Shown: piece by piece, positions 49,101 to 62,200 of the stretch
Numbering within the stretch: the first letter of the stretch is position 1
Layout of the letters: each line of letters starts with the position of its first letter
From: Eledone cirrhosa
Taxonomy: Eukaryota
DNA length: 64,000 nucleotides
Assembly (NCBI GenBank): GCA_964016885.1
Contig: OZ024740.1
Location: 290,408,001-290,472,000 of the forward strand
Direction: 5' to 3'
The notes under the pieces: generated by a model
Databases searched by the model: none
Told to the model about the DNA's origin: nothing
What the model saw: only the letters and a program-made list of their open reading frames with translations
Made by a program: the position numbers and the translations under genes

Positions 49101-50380
49101 GAGACCCCAAATAAAAACGGATCCCCAAATAAAAGACGGATCCCCATATGAAAACGGACCCGCCTCCAAAATAAAAAATCGGATTACCAAATAAAAACGG
49201 ATCCCCAAATTAAAAACGGCCCCCCTCCCAAATAAAAAACGCCCCCCCCCTCCCAAATAAAAAATCCCCACCCCCCCCAAAAAAACGGACACCCAAATAA
49301 AAACGCATCCTCAAATAAAAAACGGATTCCCAAATAAAGAACGGATTCCCCCAAATAAAAATTGGATCCGCAAGTAAAAAACGGACCCCGCTTCCCCAAT
49401 TAAAAAAGGATATCCCCCCAAATAAAAAACGGACACCCCCAAATAAAAAACGGATCCCCTCCCAAATAAAAGAAGGACCCCGAAATAAAAAACGCATCCC
49501 CACCAAATAAAAAACGGACCCCAAATAAAAAACGAAACGCCCAAATAAAAAACGGACCCCCCCCCCCAATAAAAAACAGGTCCCCAAATAAAGAACGGAC
49601 CCCCAAATAAAAAACGGATTCCCCCAAATAAAGAACGGTACTCCCAAATAAAAAACGGACCCACCCCCCAAATAAAAAACAGACACCCTAGTAAAAAACG
49701 GATTCCCCCCAAATAAAAAACGGACCCCCTCCCAAATAACCCCCCCCCCCCCGATAAAAAACGGATCCCCAAATTAAAAACGGACCCCCTCCCAAATAAT
49801 AAAAACGCCCCCCCCGATCAAAAACGGATCCCCAAATAAAAAAAGGATTCCCCCAAATGATAAACGGACCCCCTCCCAAATGAAAAACGGACCCCCGAAT
49901 AAAAAACGGATTCCCCCAAATAAAAAACGGAACCTCCACCCCAAATAAAGAACGGATTGATCCCCAAATAAAAAAACGCCCCCCCCCGATAAAAAACGGA
50001 CACCCAAATAAAAAACGGACCCCCCCCCCAAAAAAAAACGGAGCCCCCACCAAATGAAAAACAGAACCCCTCCTAAATAAAATATGGATCCCCAAATAGA
50101 AAGCCAACACACATAAAAAAGGATCGATGCACAAATAAAAAACGGAACCCCCAAATAAAAAACGGTCCTCCCCCCCAAATAAAAAATGGATCCCCAAATA
50201 AAAACGGATCCCCAAATAAAAGACGGATCCCCATATAAAAACGGACCCCCCCCCCCCAAAATCGGATTCCCAAATAAAAAATGGATCCCAAAATTAAAAA
50301 CGGCCCCCACAATAAAAAACGGATCCCCCCCCCCAAAAAAAACAGACGCCCAAATAAAAACGGATCCTCAAATAAAAAAC
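46150..50380. repeat. ~0.7-kb higher-order units nested in a ~1.63-kb tandem duplication
   Basis: CTAGTAAAAAACGGATTCCCCCC occurs near 46669, 47381, 48061, 49022 and 49688. 47121 matches 48761, and 48061 matches 49688. Confidence 0.8.
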
Positions 50381-52309
50381 GGATCCCCAAATAAAAAACG
50401 GATCCCCCCAAATAAATAACGGAGCCCAAATAAAAATTGGATCCCCAAATAAAAAGCGGATCGCCCAAAATAAAAAACGGATACCCATATAAAAAACGGA
50501 CCCCCACCCCAAATAAAAAAGGGATACTCCAATAAAAAACGAATCCCCCCAAATAAACGGATACCCATATAAAAAACGGAACCCATTCCCAAATAAAAAA
50601 CGGTCCTCCACCCCAAATAAAAAACGGATCGATCCCCAAATAAAAAATGGGTCCCCAAATAAAAAACGGACACCCAAATAAAAAACGGACCCCCCAAATA
50701 AAAAACGGACCCCCAAATAAAAAAAATGGACCCCCCCAAATAAAAAACGGATCCCCAAATAAAAACGGATCCCCAAATAAAAGACGGATCCCCATATAAA
50801 AACGGACCCCCCCCAAAAAATCGGATTCCCAAATAAAGAATGGATCCCCAAATTAAAAACGGCCCCCCTCCCTAATAAAAAACTAGCCCCCCCCAATAAA
50901 AAAAGGATCCCCCCAAAAAAAACGGACATCCAAATAAAAACGGAACGGATCCTCAAATAAAAAACGGATCCCCAAATAAAAAACGGATTCTCCCAAATAA
51001 ATAACGGAGCCCAAATAAAAATTGGATCCCAAAATAAAAAACGGACCCCGCTTCCCCAATTGAAAAAGGATACCCCCCCCAAAAAAAATAAAAAACGGAC
51101 CCCTAAATAAATTACGGACCCCTCCAAATAAAAATCAGATCCCTAAATAAAAAACGGACACCCAAATAAAAACGGACCCCCCCCCCCCCCGAATAAGAAA
51201 CGGACCCCCAAATAAAAAACGGAACCCCCAAATAAAAAACGGATCGCCCAAAATAATAAAAGGATACCCATATAAAAAACGGACCCCCACCCCAAATAAA
51301 AAAGGGATCCTCCAATAAAAAACGGACCCCCCCCCAATAAAAAACGGACCCCCCCCCCAATAAAAAATGGATCCCCCCAATAGAAAACGGACCCCCAAAT
51401 AAAAAACGGTCCCCTCCAAATAAAAAACCCATTCCCAAATAAAAAACGGTCCTCCACCCCAAATAAAAACGGATCGATCCCATTTAAAAATGGATCCCCA
51501 AATAAAAAACGGACACCCAAATAAAAAACGGACCCCCTAAATAAAAAACGGTCCCCCATGTAAAAAAAATGGACCCCCCAAATAAAAAACATATCCCCAA
51601 ATAAAAACGGATCCCCAAATAAAAAACCGATTCCCCCCCCAAAAAAACGGACACCCAAATAAAAAGAATCCTCAAATAAAAAACGGAACCCCAAATAAAA
51701 AACGGATTCCCCCAAATAAATAACGGAGCCCAAATAAAAATTGGATCCCCAAATAAAAAACGGACCCCTAAATAAATAACGGACCCCTCCAAATAAAAAT
51801 CAGATCCCTAAATAAAAAACGGATCGATGCCCAAATGAAAAACGGAACACCCAAATAAAAAACAGACACCCCCAAATGAAAAACGGACCCCCTCCCAAAT
51901 AAAAAACGGACCCCCCCCAAAAAAAACGGACCGCCCCCCCCCAAAAAATATCAAAAACCGGATTTCCAAATAAAAACGGTCCCCCACCCCAAATAAAAAA
52001 CGGATCGATGCCCAAATAAAAAACGGAAGCCCCCAATAAAAAACGGATTCCACCAAATAAACGGATCCCCATATAAAAAACGGACCGCCCCCTCAAAAAT
52101 TATCAAAAACGGATTTCCAAATAAAAAACGGATCCCCCACCCCAAATAAAAAACGGATCGATGCCCAAATAAAAAACTGGACACCCCAATAATAAACGGA
52201 TTCACCCAAATAAACGGATACCCATATAAAAAACGGTCCCCACCCAAATAAAAAACGGATCCTCCCCACAAATAAAAAACGGACACCAAAATAAAAAACG
52301 GATTTCCCC

Positions 52310-55300
52310 CAAATAAAAAACGAACCCCCAAATAAAAAACGGATTCTCACCAAATAAAAAACTGGCACCCCACCCCAAATAAATAACGGAGCCCAAATAA
52401 AAATTGGATCACCAAATAAAAAGCGGACACCAAAATAAAAAATGGATCCCCAAATAAAAAACGGACACCCAAATAAAAAACGGATCCCCCCAAATAAGAG
52501 ACGGATACCCCAATAAAAAACGGACGCCCCGCCCTATAAAAAACGGCCCCCTCCAAATAAAAAACAGATCCCTAAAAATAAACGGACACCCAAATAAAAA
52601 ACGGATTCCCAAATAAAAAACGGAACCTCCACCCCAAATAAAGAACGGATTGATCCCCAAATAAAAAACGGATCCCCAAATAAAAAACGGACACCCAAAT
52701 AAAAACGGACCCCCAAAATAAAAAACGGAGCCCCCACCAAATAAAAAACAGAACCCCTCCTAAATAAAATATGGATCCCCAAATAGAAAGCCAACACAGA
52801 AAAAACGGATCGATGCACAAATAAAAAACGGAACCCCCAAATAAAAAACGGGACCCCCCAAATAAAAAACGGACCCCCATGTAAAAAAAATGGACCCCCC
52901 AAATAAAAAACGGATCCCCAAATAAAAACGGATCCCCAAATAAAAAACCGATTCCCCCCCCCAAAAAAAAAAACGTACACCCAAATAAAAAAGAATCCTC
53001 AAATAAAAAAAGGAACCCCAAATAAAAAACGGATTCCCCCAAATAAATAACGGAGCCCAAATAAAAATTGGATCCCCAAATAAAAAACGGACCCCTAAAT
53101 AAATAACGGACCCCTCCAAATAAAAATCAGATCCCTAAATAAAAAACGGATCGATGCCCAAATGAAAAACGGAACACCCAAATAAAAAACAGACACCCCC
53201 AAATGAAAAACGGACCCCCTCCCAAATAAAAAACGGACCGCCCCCCCCAAAAAAATATCAAAAACCGGATTTCCAAATAAAAAACGGTCCCCCACCCCAA
53301 ATAAAAAACGGATCGATGCCCAAATAAAAAACAGGAGCCCCCAATAAAAAACGGATCGATGCCCAAATAAAAAACGGGACCCCCCAATAATAAACGGATA
53401 CTCATATAAAAAACGGAGCCCACCCAAATAAAAAACGGATCCTCCCCACAAATAAAAAACGAACCCCCAAATAAAAAACAGATTCTCACCAAATAAAAAA
53501 CTGGCACCCCACCCCAAATAAATAACGGAGCCCAAATAAAAATTGGATCACCAAATAAAAAGCGGACACCAAAATAAAAAATGGATCCCCAAATAAAAAA
53601 CGGACACCCAAATAAAAAACGGATCCCCCCAAATAAGAGACGGATACCCCAATAAAAAACGGACGCCCCGCCCTATAAAAAACGGCCCCCTCCAAATAAA
53701 AAACAGATCCCTAAAAATAAACGGACACCCAAATAAAAAACGGATTCCCAAATAAAAAACGGAACCTCCACCCCAAATAAAGAACGGATTGATCCCCAAA
53801 TAAAAAACGGATCCCCAAATAAAAAACGGACACCCAAATAAAAACGGACCCCCAAAATAAAAAACGGAGCCCCCACCAAATAAAAAACAGAACCCCTCCT
53901 AAATAAAATATGGATCCCCAAATAGAAAGCCAACACACAGAAAAAACGGATCGATGCACAAATAAAAAACGGAACCCCCAAATAAAAAACGGGACCCCCC
54001 AAATAAAAAACGGACCCCCATGTAAAAAAAATGGACCCCCCAAATAAAAAACGGATCCCCAAATAAAAACGGATCCCCAAATAAAAAACCGATTCCCCCC
54101 CCCAAAAAAAAACGTACACCCAAATAAAAAAGAATCCTCAAATAAAAAAAGGAACCCCAAATAAAAAACGGATTCCCCCAAATAAATAACGGAGCCCAAA
54201 TAAAAATTGGATCCCCAAATAAAAAACGGACCCCTAAATAAATAACGGACCCCTCCAAATAAAAATCAGATCCCTAAATAAAAAACGGATCGATGCCCAA
54301 ATGAAAAACGGAACACCCAAATAAAAAACAGACACCCCCAAATGAAAAACGGACCCCCTCCCAAATAAAAAACGGACCGCCCCCCCCCCCCCCCAAAATA
54401 TCAAAAACCGGATTTCCAAATAAAAAACGGTCCCCCACCCCAAATAAAAAACGGATCGATGCCCAAATAAAAAACAGGAGCCCCCAATAAAAAACGGATC
54501 GATGCCCAAATAAAAAACGGGACCCCCCAATAATAAACGGATACTCATATAAAAAACGGAGCCCACCCAAATAAAAAACGGATCCTCCCCACAAATAAAA
54601 AACGAACCCCCAAATAAAAAACAGATTCTCACCAAATAAAAAACTGGCACCCCACCCCAAATAAATAACGGAGCCCAAATAAAAATTGGATCACCAAATA
54701 AAAAGCGGACACCAAAATAAAAAATGGATCCCCAAATAAAAAACGGACACCCAAATAAAAAACGGATCCCCCCAAATAAGAGACGGATACCCCAATAAAA
54801 AACGGACGCCCCGCCCTATAAAAAACGGCCCCCTCCAAATAAAAAACAGATCCCTAAAAATAAACGGACACCCAAATAAAAAACGGATTCCCAAATAAAA
54901 AACGGAACCTCCACCCCAAATAAAGAACGGATTGATCCCCAAATAAAAAACGGATCCCCAAATAAAAAACGGACACCCAAATAAAAACGGACCCCCAAAA
55001 TAAAAAACGGAGCCCCCACCAAATAAAAAACAGAACCCCTCCTAAATAAAATATGGATCCCCAAATAGAAAGCCAACACACAGAAAAAACGGATCGATGC
55101 ACAAATAAAAAACGGAACCCCCAAATAAAAAACGGGACCCCCCAAATAAAAAACGGACCCCCATGTAAAAAAAATGGACCCCCCAAATAAAAAACGGATC
55201 CCCAAATAAAAACGGATCCCCAAATAAAAAACCGATTCCCCCCCCCCAAAAAAAACGTACACCCAAATAAAAAAGAATCCTCAAATAAAAAAAGGAACCC

Positions 55301-56290
55301 CAAATAAAAAACGGATTCCCCCAAATAAATAACGGAGCCCAAATAAAAATTGGATCCCCAAATAAAAAACGGACCCCTAAATAAATAACGGACCCCTCCA
55401 AATAAAAATCAGATCCCTAAATAAAAAACGGATCGATGCCCAAATGAAAAACGGAACACCCAAATAAAAAACAGACACCCCCAAATGAAAAACGGACCCC
55501 CTCCCAAATAAAAAACGGACCGCCCCCCCCCCAAAAAAAAATATCAAAAACCGGATTTCCAAATAAAAAACGGTCCCCCACCCCAAATAAAAAACGGATC
55601 GATGCCCAAATAAAAAACAGGAGCCCCCAATAAAAAACGGATCGATGCCCAAATAAAAAACGGGACCCCCCAATAATAAACGGATACTCATATAAAAAAC
55701 GGAGCCCACCCAAATAAAAAACGGATCCTCCCCACAAATAAAAAACGAACCCCCAAATAAAAAACAGATTCTCACCAAATAAAAAACTGGCACCCCACCC
55801 CAAATAAATAACGGAGCCCAAATAAAAATTGGATCACCAAATAAAAAGCGGACACCAAAATAAAAAATGGATCCCCAAATAAAAAACGGACACCCAAATA
55901 AAAAACGGATCCCCCCAAATAAGAGACGGATACCCCAATAAAAAACGGACGCCCCGCCCTATAAAAAACGGCCCCCTCCAAATAAAAAACAGATCACTAA
56001 AAATAAACGGACACCCAAATAAAAAACGGATTCCCAAATAAAAAACGGAACCTCCACCCCAAATAAAGAACGGATTGATCCCCAAATAAAAAACGGATCC
56101 CCAAATAAAAAACTGACACCCAAATAAAAACGGACCCCCAAAATAAAAAACGGAGCCCCCACCAAATAAAAAACAGAACCCCTCCTAAATAAAATATGGA
56201 TCCCCAAATAGAAAGCCAACACACATAAAAAACGGATCGATGCACAAATAAAAAACGGAACCCCCAAATAAAAAACGGGACCCCCCAATA
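52310..56290. repeat. ~1140-bp higher-order repeat, about 3.5 copies
   Basis: Identical track ORFs at 52347, 53486, 54629 and 55772 (offsets 1139, 1143, 1143). Related diverged pieces lie at ~51540-52300, ~59730-60850 and ~63400-64000. Confidence 0.92.
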
Positions 56291-59200
56291 AAAAACGGAT
56301 CAACCCAAATAAACGGATACCCATATAAAAAACGGAACCCATTCCCAAATAAAAAACGGTTCTCCACCCCAAATAAAAAACGAATCGATCCCCAAATAAA
56401 AAATGGGTCCCCAAATAAAAAACGGACGCCCAAATAAAAAACGGACCCCCAAATAAAAAACGAACCCCCAAATAAAAAAAATGGACCCCCCCCAAATAAA
56501 AAACGGATCCCCAAATTAAAAACGGCCCCCCTCCCAAATAAAAAACGCCCCCCCCCCAATAAAAAACGGATCCCGCCCAAAAAAACGAACACCCAAATAA
56601 AAAGTATCCTCAAATAAAAAACGGATCCCCAAATAAAAAACGGATTCCCCCAGATAAAAAAATGGACCCCCCCCAAATAAAAAACGGATCCCCAAATAAA
56701 AGACGGATCCCGCTTCCCCAATTGAAAAAGGATACCCCCCCCCCCCAAATAAAAAACGGACCCCTAAATAAATAACGGACCCCTTCAAATAAAAATCAGA
56801 TCCCTAAATAAAAAACGGACACCCAAATAAAAAACGGACCCCCAAATAATAAAATGGACGCCTAAATAAAAAACGGAAACAAATAAAAAACGGACACCCA
56901 AATAAAAAACGGACACCCAAATAAAAGCCGGATCTCCATATAAAAAATGGACCCCACACAAAAAAAAAAATAAAATACGGATTTCCAAGTAAAAAACGGG
57001 TCGCTCACCCCAAATAAAAAAAGGTTCGATGCCCAAATAAAAAACGGAACCCCCAAATAAAAAACGGATCGCCCAAAATAAAAAACGGATACCCATATAA
57101 AAAACGGACCCCCACCCTAAATGAAAAAGGGATCCTCCAATAAAAAACGGACCGTCCCCAATAAAAAACGGATCCCCCCCAATAGAAAACGGACCCCCAA
57201 ATAAAAAACGGCCCCCTCCAAATAAAAAACCCATTCCCAAATAAAAAACGGTCCTCCACCCCAAATAAAAAACTGATCGATCCCCAAATAAAAATGGATC
57301 CCCAAATAAAAAACGGACACCCAGATAAAAAACGGACCCCCCAAATAAAAAACGGACCCCCAAATAAAAAAAATGGACCCCCCAAATAAAAACGGATCCC
57401 CAAATAAAAACGGATCCCCAAATAAAAGGACGGATCCCCATATAAAAACGGCCCCCCCCTCCTAAAAAAAATCGGATTCCCAAATGAAAAATTAGTCCCC
57501 AAATTAAAAACGGCCCCCCTCCCAAATAAAAAAACGCCCCCCCCCCCCTCCCAAATAAAAAAGAGATCCCCCCCAAATAAACGGACACCCAAATAAAAAC
57601 GAATCCTCAAATAAAAAATTGTTCCCCAAATAAAAAACGGATTTCCCCAAATAAATAAAGGAGCCCAAATAAAAATTGGATCCCCAAATAAAAAACGGAC
57701 CCCTAAATAAATAACAGACCTCTCCAAATAAAAATCAGATCCCTAAATAAAAAACGGATAGCCAAATCAAAAACGGATCCCCCCAAATAAAAAACGGATA
57801 CCCAAATAAAAAACGACACCCAAATAAAAGACGGATCCCCATATAAAAAACGGATCCCCCAATAAAAAACGGATCCACCACCTCAAATAAAAAACGAATC
57901 GATGTCCAAATGAAAAACGGAACACCCAAATAAAAAACGGACACCCCCAAATAAAAAACGGACGCATTCCCAAATAAAAAACGGACCCCAAATAAAATAC
58001 GGATCCCACCAAATAAAAAACGGATCCCCACCAAATAAAAAACGGACCCCATATAAAAAACGGAACGCCCAAATAAAAAACGGACCCCCAAATAAAAAAC
58101 GGATTTACCCAAATATAAAACGGAACTCCCAAATAAAAAACGGACCCACCCCCCAAATAAAAATGAATCCCCAAATAAAAACGGACACCTTATTAAAGAA
58201 CAGATTGCCCCCAAATAAAAAACGGACCCCCTCACAATTAAAAACGGAGCCCCAATAAAAAACGGAACCCCCCCAAATAAAAACGAACCTACTAATAAAA
58301 AACGGATCCCCAAATAAAAAACGGATCCCCAAATAAAAAACGGACACCCATATAAAAAACGGATTCCCAAATAAAAACGGACTCGCCTTCCCAATTAAAA
58401 ACGGACCCCCCACCCCTTCCCCAATAAAAAACGGCCCCCTCCAAATAAAAAACGGATCCCTAAATAAAAAACGGACACCCAAATAAAAAACGAATTCCCA
58501 AATAAATAACGGATCCCCAAATAAATAACGGACACCCAAATGAAAAATGGACCCCCCAAATAAAAATAGCCCCCCCCCCCCCACACACACACACACACCA
58601 AATAAAAAACGGATCGCCAAATAAAAAATGGATCCCCAAATAAAAAACCGATCCTCAAATAAAATCGGATCCCCAAATAAAAAACGGACCCCCAAATAAA
58701 AAACGGACCCCCTCCCAAATAAAGAACGCATCCCAAATTAAAAACGACCCCCTCCCAAATAAAAAACGGACACCCAAATAAAAAACGGATCTCCAAATAA
58801 AAAACGGACACCCAAATAAAAAACGGACCCTCCAAATATAAAATGGACCCCCAAATAAAAAAATTGACCCCCTAAATAAAAAACGGAGACCCAAATAAAA
58901 AACGGACACCCAAATAAAAAACGGATCCCCCCAAATAAAAACGGATCCCCAAATAAAAAACGGACACCCAAATAAAAGAAGGATCCCCATATAAAAAACG
59001 GACCGCCCCCCCAAAAATATCAAAAACGGATTTCCAAATAAAAATCGGATCCCCCACCCCAAATAAAAAACGGATCGATGCCCAAATAAAAAACGGGACG
59101 CCCCAATAAAAAACGGATTCCCCCAAATAAACGGATACCCATATAAAAAACGGAACCCACCCAAATAAAAAACGGATCCCCCCCAAATATAAAAAACGGA

Positions 59201-62200
59201 CACTAAAATAAAAAACGGATTTCCCCCAAATAAATAACGGACCTCTCCCAAATAAAAAACGGACCCCCAAATATAAAACGGATTCTCCCCAAATAAAAAA
59301 CTTGCACCCCACCCCAAATAAATAACGGAGCCCAAATAAAAATTGGATCACCAAATAAAAAACGGACACCCAAATATAAAACGGATACCCAAATAAAAAA
59401 CGGATCCCCAAATAAAAAACGGACCCTCCAAATAAAAAACGGATCCCCAAATAAAAAACGGAAACCCAAATGAAAAATGGACCAAAGAATAAAACAAGCC
59501 ACTCCTCCCCCCCCACACACACACACACCTAATAAAACACGGATCGCCAAATAAAAAACGGACCCCACCACAATTAAAAAACGGAGCTCCCAAATAAAAA
59601 CGACCACCCCAAATAAAAAAAGGATCCCCAAATAAAAAACGGATCCTCAAATAAAAACGGATCCCTAAATAAAAAACGGACCCCTCCCAAATAAAAAACG
59701 GACCCCCAAATAAAAAACGGATTCTCCCTAAATAAAAAACTGGCACCCCACCCCAGATAAATAACGGAGCCCAAATAAAAATTGGATCACCAAATAAAAA
59801 GCGGACACCAAAATAAAAAATGGATTCCCAAATAAAAAACGGATTCCCAAATAAAAAACGGAACCTACACCCCAAATAAAGAAAGGATTGATCCCCAAAT
59901 AAAAAGCGGACACCAAAATAAAAAACGCATTCTCCCTAAATAAAAAACTGGCACCCCACCCCAGATAAATAACGGAGCCCAAATAAAAATTGGATCACCA
60001 AATAAAAAGCGGACACCAAAATAAAAAATGGATCCCCAAATAAAAAACGGACACCCAAATAAAAAACGGATCCACCCAAATAAGTGACGGATACCCCTAT
60101 AAAAAACGGCCCCCTCCAAATAAAAAACAGATCCCTAAAAATAAACGGACACCCAAATAAAAAACGGATTCCCAAATAAAAAACGGAACCTCCACCCCAA
60201 ATAAAGAACGGATTGATCCCCAAATAAAAAACGAATCCCCAAATAAAAGACGGACACCCAAATAAAAAACGGAGCCCCCAAAATAAAAAACGGAGCCCCC
60301 ACCAAATAAAAAACAGAACCCCTCCTAAATAAAATATGGATCCCCAAATAGAAAGCCAACATAAAAAACGGATCGATGCAATAATAAAAAACGGATAACC
60401 ATATAAAAAACGGAACCCATTCCCAAATAAAAAACGGTCCTCCACCCAAAATAAAAAACGAATCGATCCCCAAATAAAAAATGGGTCCCCAAATAAAAAA
60501 CGGACGCCCAAATAAAAAACGGACTCACCCCCCAAAAAAAATCGGATTCCCAAATAAAGAATGGATCCCCAAATTCTAAACGGCCCCCCTCCCAAATAAA
60601 AAACGCCCCCCCCCCCAATAAAAAACGGATTCCCCCCAAAACAACGGACACCCAAATAAAAACGGATCCTCAATATAAAAAGCGGATCCCCAAATAAAAA
60701 ACGGATTCCCCCAAATAAATAACGGAGCCCAAATAAAAATTGGATCCCCAAATAAAAAACGGGCCCCGCTTCCCCAATTGAAAAAGGATACCCCCCCAAA
60801 TAAAAAACGGACCCCTAAATAAATAACGGACCCTCCAAATAAAAATCAGATCCCTAAATAAAAAACGGATACCCAAACAAAAACGGACCCCCCCCCCGAA
60901 TAAAAAACGAACCCCCAAATAAAAAAATGGACCCCTAAATAAAAAACGGATACCCAAATAAAAAACGGACACCCAAATAAAAAACGGACACCAAAATAAA
61001 AGCCGGATCCCCATATAAAAAATGGACCCCCACCCCAAAAAAAAAAATAAAATACGGATTTCCAAGTAAAAAACGGGTCCCTCACCCCAAATAAAAAAAG
61101 GTTCGATGCCCAAATAAAAAACGGAACCCCCAAATAAAAAACGGATCGCCCAAAATAAAAAACGGATACCCATATAAAAAACGGACCCCCACCCCAAATA
61201 AAAAAGGGATCCTCCAATAAAAAACGGACCCCCCCCAATAAAAAACCAATCCCCCCCAATAGAAAACGGACCCCCAAATAAAAAACGGCCCCCTCCAAAT
61301 AAAAAAACCATTCCCAAGTAAAAAACGGTCTTCCACCCCAAATAAAAAACGGATCGATCCCCAAATAAAAATGGATCCCCAAATAAAAAACGGACACCCA
61401 AATAAAAAAAACGGACCCCCCAAATAAAAACAGACCCCCAAATAAAAAAAATGGACCCCCCAAATAAAAACGGATCCCCAAATAAAAACGGATCCCCCAA
61501 TAAAAGACGGATCCCCATATAAAAACGGACCCCCCCCCCAAAAAATCGGATTCCCAAATAAAAAAATAGTCCCCAAATTAAAAACGGCACCCTTCCCAAA
61601 TATGCCCCCCCTCCCAAATAAAAAAGGAATCCCCCCCAAAAAAACGGACACCCAAATAAAAACGAATCCTCAAATAAAAAACGGAACCCCAAATATAAAA
61701 CGGATTCCCCCAAATAAATAACGTAACCCAAATAAAAATTGGATCCCCAAATAAAAAACGGACCCCTAAATAAATAACGGACCCCTCCAAATAAAAATCA
61801 GATCCCTAAATAAAAAACGGACAGCCAAATCAAAAACGGATACCCCAAATAAAGAACGGATCCCCAAATAAAAAACGACACCCAAATAAAAGACGGATCC
61901 CCATATAAAAAACGGAGCCCTACCTTTAATAAAAAACGGATTCCCCAATAAAAAACGGATCCCCACCACAAATAAAAAACGGATCGATGCCCAAATGAAA
62001 AACGGAACACCCAAACAAAAAACGGACACCCCCAAATAAAAAACGGACCCACTCCCAAATAAAAAACGGACCCCCAAATAAAAAACGGATCCCCACCAAA
62101 TAAAAAACGGACCCCAAATAAAAAACGGAACGCCCAAATAAAAAACGGACCCCCCCAATAAAAAACAGGTCCTCAAATAAAAACGGATCTCCAAATAAAA

